Origin: a virus | Direction: 5' to 3' (one strand) | DNA: 64,000 nucleotides | IMG/VR virus record: IMGVR_UViG_3300023110_001773 | Span: 1-64,000 of that record | Part shown: positions 57,940-64,000 of the stretch, piece by piece | How positions within the stretch are numbered: position 1 is the stretch's first letter | Layout of the letters: the number at the start of each line of letters is the position of its first letter | Translations under genes and position numbers: made by a program | The notes under the pieces: model-generated | Databases searched by the model: none | What the model saw: only the letters and a program-made list of their open reading frames with translations | What the model was told of the DNA's origin: nothing

Positions 57940-58312
57940 GCTTCTCTTGATAGTTTTTTATTGCCGCCTTGATTGCATCTTCGGCAAGTACACTACAATG
58001 AATCTTTACAGGCGGGAGTGATAGTTCTTGAGCAATTTCTGTATTGCGGATTTTTCCTGCTTCGTCAAGGGACTTTCCTCTAACCCATTCTGTGAGTAGT
58101 GATGAAGAAGCAATAGCACTGCCGCATCCGTAAGTTTTGAATTTAGCGTCTTCAATAATTCCGTCATCCGATACTCGGATTTGCAACCGCATAACGTCTC
58201 CACACGCTGGAGCTCCGACCATGCCAGTTCCGACAGTTTCATCATTTTCGTCAAGTTTGCCAACATTCCTTGGGTTCTCGTAGTGATCTAGTACTTTATC
58301 TGAATAAGCCAT
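57905..58312 (-). CDS. iscU: Fe-S cluster scaffold IscU
   Basis: AYSDKVLDHYENPRNVG, APACGD, GCGSAIASSS, LPPVKIHCS. Confidence 0.97.
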   Translation of the reverse strand: MAYSDKVLDHYENPRNVGKLDENDETVGTGMVGAPACGDVMRLQIRVSDDGIIEDAKFKTYGCGSAIASSSLLTEWVRGKSLDEAGKIRNTEIAQELSLPPVKIHCSVLAEDAIKAAIKNYQEKHGNDTDHQTSR

Positions 58313-58317
58313 GTCTA

Positions 58318-58325
58318 TATTTATG
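58318..58325 (-). promoter_or_regulatory. late-type promoter for iscU
   Basis: CATAAATA 5 nt before ATG. Confidence 0.55.
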
Positions 58326-58836
58326 CAGCACTAGACTTCAACATCTTAATTTTTTTGTTTTGTTTTTTCACCTTTTTCAAAGCCCTATCTAGTTGCAGTT
58401 TACCAACTCTTTGCAACATGTTTTGTCCTAACATATGATCATATTCATGCAAAACAACTCTAGCCCAAAGACCATCAAACTCTTCCATAACAATTTCTTG
58501 ATTTTCATTTTGATATGAGAGTGTACACTTTTCTGGTCTTTTGACTCTCAACATCAATCCAGGCGCACTCAAGCAACCCTCTTCCATCATTACAACAGTG
58601 TCACTATGAGAAACTAGTTCTGGATTAAAGAATATCCATTTTTTTGCACCAGCACCCATAGTAAATACCCTAGCATTCAACCCAACCTGATTTGCAGACA
58701 ATCCGATCCCGCCCAAAGACTGCTGTCTTTTCCAAATCTTATCTCCAAATTCTTCTGCATTTTCCCAATCCACAAACTCATTAGGCGGAACCTTTAGCAT
58801 GGGGTGGTTAAGGGGAAGTAATTCTAAATCGCTCAT
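58321..58836 (-). CDS. def: peptide deformylase
   Basis: GIGLSANQ, EGCLS, HEYDH. Confidence 0.95.
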   Translation of the reverse strand: MSDLELLPLNHPMLKVPPNEFVDWENAEEFGDKIWKRQQSLGGIGLSANQVGLNARVFTMGAGAKKWIFFNPELVSHSDTVVMMEEGCLSAPGLMLRVKRPEKCTLSYQNENQEIVMEEFDGLWARVVLHEYDHMLGQNMLQRVGKLQLDRALKKVKKQNKKIKMLKSSAA

Positions 58837-60503
58837 GACATCACCGAATAGTTTTGTTTCTTTTCAAATTTAATCTGACTTCTAAATTTATCAAACAGTT
58901 GATCACCCTTGTGGCTGATAACAAATACATTTGCTTGATCACCGATAGTATTTAGTAGTTGCATAACATAGTCTGTACCATTATTATCCAAAGAACTGTC
59001 AAACACTTCATCCAGTATCAACAAGTTTGTACTAGCACTGTTCTTCATCTTGGCAATTGTTCTCCATGTGAACAAAAGAGCCAAGTCAATACGTTGTTTC
59101 TCACCCTCGCTGAAGGATGCGTAACTAAATTTATCTCGGTGTCTAGATTTGATTGTCTCATTAAACTTCTCATCAAGTTCAAAGTGTACAAAGAAATCCA
59201 TCGACTGCAAATACTTATTAACCAGTTTATTGATAGCCGGTAAGTACTGTTTGATAATTCTAGTTTTAATACCAGTGTCTTTCAATAGATGTGAAACAGC
59301 CAAATTATAATGTTGTTCTTCATTCTTGGCAGAACGCAACTCATTCTTGGATATAACTTCCTTAGCCATCACTCTTAGTTTCTTTTTTTCGTCACTAATA
59401 TCAGTAGAATTTGTTTCCGCATCAGATAACATATCTTTTAATTTTTGTTTGTATCTTTCTTGTCCGATGATGTCAGATTGTACAGAAGATATTTTATCGG
59501 ATATATTTTGCCACTTCAATAATGTACTAGCAACATCATCATATTCCTTCTCCAATCCCTTTAAAGATTTTTCCAGAGAAGATATTTCTTCTGATTTAGT
59601 ATTTGACATATCATGTTTGAAGTCTTCGCAAATCTCCTGTTTACATGTAGGACAATCACTGTTCTCTTCGTAAAACTTTAACTCTTTTTCTGCTCTTTTA
59701 ATATTGGTTGAGAATTTTTCTCTGAAGGAATCGAGTTCTCTTTTTCGTTTCTCAGGTTCACCCAAGTCTGACTTCTCAGCCTCATATTTCTGAAGTTGTT
59801 GTTCATTATTCTCAATTGATGTTGTCGTCTCATTTATAGACTCCTTAATATTGTCAATCTTGGTTGCTTTATCTTTCTCCAAAGTATCAATATAATTTTT
59901 CTGAACTTTGGTTTTGTGTTTAGCAAGTTCTACTTCAGATTCTATTGTGCGAATATCTTCTTTTAGAATGTTCATCTTTTCTTTTAACAAAACATTCATA
60001 GTAGTAAAAATTTGTATGTCGAGAATGTCTTCAATGATCTCTCGTCTAGATGCAAGAGGCAGCTGCATGAAGGGGGTGAAAGAGGCACTACCCAAAATAA
60101 CAATCTGAGTAAATGACTTGTAGTTTAACTTGAGAATACTTTCTTCAAGATACTTTTGGGTGTCTCTGAGTGCCGCATCTTGGTCTAGAAACTTATCGTT
60201 GCAGTATATCTCAAAGACATTTGGTTTCATTCCACGAATTACTTTATACTGTTTTTTTCCAACAGAGAATTCAATTTCAACCAACATCTTTTTACTGTTA
60301 ATTGAGTTTACAAGTTGTGGCTTGTTAATACTTCTAAATGGTTTGTTGAATAATACAAAACACAAAGCATCAAGACAGGTAGACTTACCACTGCCGTTCT
60401 CACCCACAATAAGTGTCGTGGGGTTGCGGGTAAAATCTATCTCAGTAAAATTATTGCCAGTGGAAAGAAAGTTTTTCCACCGCAATTTTTGAAATATAAT
60501 CAT
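58833..60503 (-). CDS. 46: recombination ATPase subunit (gp46, SbcC/Rad50-like)
   Basis: GENGSGKS, CPTC hook, FSEGE, LDEVFD, ISH. Confidence 0.97.
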   Translation of the reverse strand: MIIFQKLRWKNFLSTGNNFTEIDFTRNPTTLIVGENGSGKSTCLDALCFVLFNKPFRSINKPQLVNSINSKKMLVEIEFSVGKKQYKVIRGMKPNVFEIYCNDKFLDQDAALRDTQKYLEESILKLNYKSFTQIVILGSASFTPFMQLPLASRREIIEDILDIQIFTTMNVLLKEKMNILKEDIRTIESEVELAKHKTKVQKNYIDTLEKDKATKIDNIKESINETTTSIENNEQQLQKYEAEKSDLGEPEKRKRELDSFREKFSTNIKRAEKELKFYEENSDCPTCKQEICEDFKHDMSNTKSEEISSLEKSLKGLEKEYDDVASTLLKWQNISDKISSVQSDIIGQERYKQKLKDMLSDAETNSTDISDEKKKLRVMAKEVISKNELRSAKNEEQHYNLAVSHLLKDTGIKTRIIKQYLPAINKLVNKYLQSMDFFVHFELDEKFNETIKSRHRDKFSYASFSEGEKQRIDLALLFTWRTIAKMKNSASTNLLILDEVFDSSLDNNGTDYVMQLLNTIGDQANVFVISHKGDQLFDKFRSQIKFEKKQNYSVMS

Positions 60504-61348
60504 AAAATAGTCTTTAGTCGGGGAACAATTACTTGTTCAGCATATATGTCATGTTGTTCTGGGGTGGGGTGTGAGGGAGAATTTCTATCTCTTTCTCTAC
60601 CAAAGGCAAGTTGTTCCTTAAAAGGTAAATCGGTGTTATCAAAACACCATTCAAACTCACCACTCGGTATGAAAGAATCCCAATCAATAAGTTTTACTAA
60701 CCAATTTACTTCTGGATGTTCCCAAGAACTTTTAACAAAGGCATCATCAATGTATTTTGCAAAAAAGTACTTGATGTTATTTCTCTTTAAGAATTCTTGG
60801 AGGGTCAAAATACTTTTCATGGTATTAACAACACGAGAAACATCGGTAAGAAAAAACTCCTCCAACATAATACGGCCAAGATCGACATACCTTCTTGTAT
60901 ATTCTGGGTATAAATTTGAATTTGGATCATCTAGGTTTTGTGATATCCACCCAACATTTGTGGGAGAAAAGGGAACCCAGTGTCCGTCTGATCCCTCTAC
61001 AAATTTTACTACAGAAGGAACTGCTTTTCCTTGTGGCAAAATATCATCTCTATGATCTTCTCTGTAATATTCTGCTCTGTCTGCATGAGACCACATGACT
61101 CCTACAACAATTTCATCCGCACCAATGCCAGACTCTATCATACGTTGAAGAACATGGAGAACATTCATCAATATTAGATTGTTGCCTATCGCCGGTATCC
61201 CAGTGTTCATTCCTACCATGTTCATCTTTGAACACACGGACTCTGGCCATGAAACGTTTAACATGTTTGAAGTAAATGAACATCCACCAGCAACAAAGTA
61301 TTTTTGTTCTGGGGATTTGTTTGGAATTTTTACATACTGAATTTTCAT
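60500..61348 (-). CDS. SGNH/GDSL-like family protein
   Basis: AGGCSFT, SWP, IGN, VGVMWS, SHPTPEQH. Confidence 0.6.
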   Translation of the reverse strand: MKIQYVKIPNKSPEQKYFVAGGCSFTSNMLNVSWPESVCSKMNMVGMNTGIPAIGNNLILMNVLHVLQRMIESGIGADEIVVGVMWSHADRAEYYREDHRDDILPQGKAVPSVVKFVEGSDGHWVPFSPTNVGWISQNLDDPNSNLYPEYTRRYVDLGRIMLEEFFLTDVSRVVNTMKSILTLQEFLKRNNIKYFFAKYIDDAFVKSSWEHPEVNWLVKLIDWDSFIPSGEFEWCFDNTDLPFKEQLAFGRERDRNSPSHPTPEQHDIYAEQVIVPRLKTIL

Positions 61349-61351
61349 TGT

Positions 61352-62404
61352 CTATTCCATATGTTGTGCTTCAACATAGAGTGTTTGCACAACCGATGTA
61401 AGTTTTTCTCTGTCCAAGTCGGTAACAGTATTGCTAATGTAGTCCCTAAGTAATGTCATTGTATCATCTATAGCAAGTTCTACATCATCGCCAACCGCAT
61501 CATCTTCAAACTCAGAGAAGTCTTCTACGATTTTTAATTCTACACAGTTGCAAGTATACAAAGAATCAACTAGTTTGTCAAACTTTAGGAAGTTCTCTTT
61601 CTTTACCACAATAAGCTTAACGCAAGAGCCGACAAGACCAGAAAGATCAAAAGAGCTGTCTCCGTCCATATCGTTATAGAAGAGTTTGTGAAACATTCTG
61701 TAGGGATTTTTGATAAAATCCAGTTCGTTCGATTCCGTATCGTAGATGTGAAATCCTCTGTCATCATCGAAATCAGACCATGTAATCTCATAAGGATTGC
61801 CAAGATAAGTAATGTTATCCCTAGAAGAACGATGATGGAAATGCCCGCTGCAAACCAAATCAAAATGATCAAAGGCATCAGTATCCATTCCGTGAGGGTT
61901 TGGTACACCTTTGTACATTTGGAACCCAGTAAACTCAAAATGCCCAAAACATACTTTGGCATCCGTTGACTTAACAGCATCCATTGTAGTTGTATAATTG
62001 TCACTACATATCCAAGGGACGAATAAAATTTTTCTTTCATCTAACGTTATCTCCGTAACTTCTGGGTAGACATGGATATTGTCATACTCCTTCAACAACA
62101 ATTCCAAAGAGTTTACGTCATTGGTATTTTTATAATATGTGTCATGATTGCCTGGAATCATGTGCAAAGTCATACCAAGGCGTTGTGCCTGCCCAAAAAA
62201 ATACTCCTTGCATGATTTGAGTGTGTTGAAGTTTACAAACTTCCTTCTATCAAACGCATCACCCAAATGTACAATAGTATCTATATTGTTTTCTTGTAAA
62301 TATGGAAAAAAATACTCATCATAGAATTTCTTAAAATACGCATCAAACGCAAGACTGTCTGATCTAGCACCAAAGTGCGTATCAGTAATTAGTGCAACCT
62401 TCAT
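61352..62404 (-). CDS. 47: recombination nuclease subunit (gp47, SbcD/Mre11-like)
   Basis: TDTHFG, GDAFD, GNHD, SGHFH. Confidence 0.97.
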   Translation of the reverse strand: MKVALITDTHFGARSDSLAFDAYFKKFYDEYFFPYLQENNIDTIVHLGDAFDRRKFVNFNTLKSCKEYFFGQAQRLGMTLHMIPGNHDTYYKNTNDVNSLELLLKEYDNIHVYPEVTEITLDERKILFVPWICSDNYTTTMDAVKSTDAKVCFGHFEFTGFQMYKGVPNPHGMDTDAFDHFDLVCSGHFHHRSSRDNITYLGNPYEITWSDFDDDRGFHIYDTESNELDFIKNPYRMFHKLFYNDMDGDSSFDLSGLVGSCVKLIVVKKENFLKFDKLVDSLYTCNCVELKIVEDFSEFEDDAVGDDVELAIDDTMTLLRDYISNTVTDLDREKLTSVVQTLYVEAQHME

Positions 62405-63387
62405 GCAATAGCCTTATTCATCATGTGTGCAAACATGTCATAGTATCCACCCTTTGATAGTAGCACACTCTCATAGTTTCTTCTGTATTCAGAAAGTTTA
62501 TCTGCCATAACAGACGGGTTCTTTAGTTCGATAACCTTTTCTCTAAAATCTTCAAAGTCCTGCACCCTTTGCCAGTCATCAATATTATATGTATTATTCT
62601 CATCATAGTTCTGGTAAACAAAAGGAATCATACCAATCGCCAGGGCCTCAACATACCTTGAAGTAGTGGCGGTAGGGTCTTTCCAGTTGAAACAAAGTGT
62701 TGATCGGCATGGTTCTAGTTTTGGGTACAACTGATTCCAATTTTTAATCCACGCAGACTGTCTTTTCATTCCAGAGGGAAACCCACCTATCAAAACAGTA
62801 GAGATGTCTGGGTCTCTGTAAATCTTTCGCAATACTTTGCCACGATCACACCCGTCTTTCATTCGACCCCAATAACCAAAGTCGTGGTTATGTGTTCGTC
62901 CAAACATTTCAGATATTGCATTTTCAAATCTATCACGAATAAAATGATACTTCATTCCGTGGATGTTGCCTGGAAAATCAATTTCATCTATGACAACAAA
63001 TTTTTTGACGTTTGGCAGAAAACTCCTATAAAGTTCTTCGGTGTCACCTCTGTCACTTCTCCAAATGATCACTGTTTTACCATCAAAGAAAGGTGCAATC
63101 TTTTCAATATGGGACTGAGACTTTGCCAAGTCTTTGGGGTTCATTTGTAACTCACCATGATATCTAAACTCACTATCACTAGGAATTACAATTACATCTG
63201 CCCACTCAATAGACTCTGGTGTACGGACTGGTCGAGTATGGTCAAAAGAAATATTGTATGTGCCATACTCATGTTGTGGATTATTTCTCATCCACTGTAC
63301 ATAGTTCTCCAAGAAACTATCCAACACAGTTTCCAGTGGGCCATTGTACTTTACATTAGATCGCAATCTGGCACAAGCAATTTTCAT
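62401..63387 (-). CDS. T4 beta-glucosyltransferase-like GT-B glycosyltransferase
   Basis: MKIA start; FGYWGR; TTSRYVEALA..YD..RV..FEDFREKVIELK resembles the BGT C-terminus. Confidence 0.55.
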   Translation of the reverse strand: MKIACARLRSNVKYNGPLETVLDSFLENYVQWMRNNPQHEYGTYNISFDHTRPVRTPESIEWADVIVIPSDSEFRYHGELQMNPKDLAKSQSHIEKIAPFFDGKTVIIWRSDRGDTEELYRSFLPNVKKFVVIDEIDFPGNIHGMKYHFIRDRFENAISEMFGRTHNHDFGYWGRMKDGCDRGKVLRKIYRDPDISTVLIGGFPSGMKRQSAWIKNWNQLYPKLEPCRSTLCFNWKDPTATTSRYVEALAIGMIPFVYQNYDENNTYNIDDWQRVQDFEDFREKVIELKNPSVMADKLSEYRRNYESVLLSKGGYYDMFAHMMNKAIA

Positions 63388-63779
63388 GATAACTTCACTC
63401 GGTCTCGCAAACTAGTGGAAGAAAAAGAGTGTTTCCTATTGGTGAATACAACAGGTATGTTTAATTCGTCACCAGTAAATCTTTTGTCCCTATAATCTTC
63501 ACCGACAAACCGTACATCAATTTTTTTAGTGACAAGAATATCCATCAGGCATGTCTCACTTGAGTACGGAATAATTTCATCCACATACTTCAACCCGTCC
63601 AGTTGTATAAATCGTTCGTATACAGACTGCACCGGCGAGTTCTTACCTTTTCTGTCTAAGCTGGGGTCAATCTGCAAACCAACAATCAAGTAATCACATT
63701 TGCTTGATGCCTCTTCCAGCATCACAACATGTCCAGCGTGCAACAAATCAAATGCACCACAAGTAAATCCAACTATCAT
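63384..63779 (-). CDS. tagD: glycerol-3-phosphate cytidylyltransferase-like (TagD)
   Basis: GAFDLLHAGH, LIVGL, YVDEI, GEDY, SSTSLR. Confidence 0.85.
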   Translation of the reverse strand: MIVGFTCGAFDLLHAGHVVMLEEASSKCDYLIVGLQIDPSLDRKGKNSPVQSVYERFIQLDGLKYVDEIIPYSSETCLMDILVTKKIDVRFVGEDYRDKRFTGDELNIPVVFTNRKHSFSSTSLRDRVKLS

Positions 63780-64000
63780 CGTATAATATCTATCTTATCA
63801 ATCGTGTCACGGTTCCATACCTCCAACTCTTTTCTTATTCTACCATCAGAATGGAGGTTGTTGTATCTCTTGGTGGCCAGTTTCTTCCACCACTTAATAA
63901 TTTCTGGCAGTTCAAATCTATCAAAGTTTTCTGCCTTTGTCAATGTGTCTGTTTTTCCAAGTAACACATCTTTCACGTTGGAGTATCCATACTCTGACAT
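63776..64000 (-). CDS. C-terminal part of a gene running off the window edge
   Basis: open to the window end; WWKKLATKRY motif. Confidence 0.6.
   Translation of the reverse strand: MSEYGYSNVKDVLLGKTDTLTKAENFDRFELPEIIKWWKKLATKRYNNLHSDGRIRKELEVWNRDTIDKIDIIR

Overview
This 64 kb window comes from a large T4-like (Tevenvirinae/Kyanoviridae-style) dsDNA phage, probably marine and infecting a proteobacterial heterotroph (proteobacterial-type IscU/IscA, a TonB-dependent receptor, spanins, sigma70 and IHF-type signals). Essentially all genes are on the minus strand. The window holds the T4 replication/recombination core (gp47, gp46, gp45, gp44, gp62, RegA, gp43, UvsX, gp41, gp61, RNase H), nucleotide metabolism genes (NrdA/B, glutaredoxin, ThyX, dCMP deaminase), lysis genes, tRNA-Arg(UCU) and host-type auxiliary genes (IscU, IscA, Def, Prx, Hsp20, PsiE, CobS/CobT-like). 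It also has a late block of probable virion-internal proteins and many dispersed tailoring-type enzymes. Best leads: (1) a likely early regulon in which four sigma70 promoters carry IHF-consensus boxes and GA-rich leaders, and these leaders are complementary to the 23-nt loop of a 3'-UTR terminator hairpin at 53173-53223 (candidate phage sRNA); (2) a late-expressed set of proteins with capsid-targeting-like N-termini: a ligase-motif protein, a HIGH nucleotidyltransferase and a P-loop kinase (candidate co-injected repair/anti-defence kit); (3) a compact phage-encoded TonB-dependent receptor together with a B12-type radical SAM enzyme and late-promoter IscU/IscA; (4) a TagD-like cytidylyltransferase coupled to a T4 BGT-like glycosyltransferase (candidate new DNA modification). 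All calls come from motif recognition by eye; no database searches were run.
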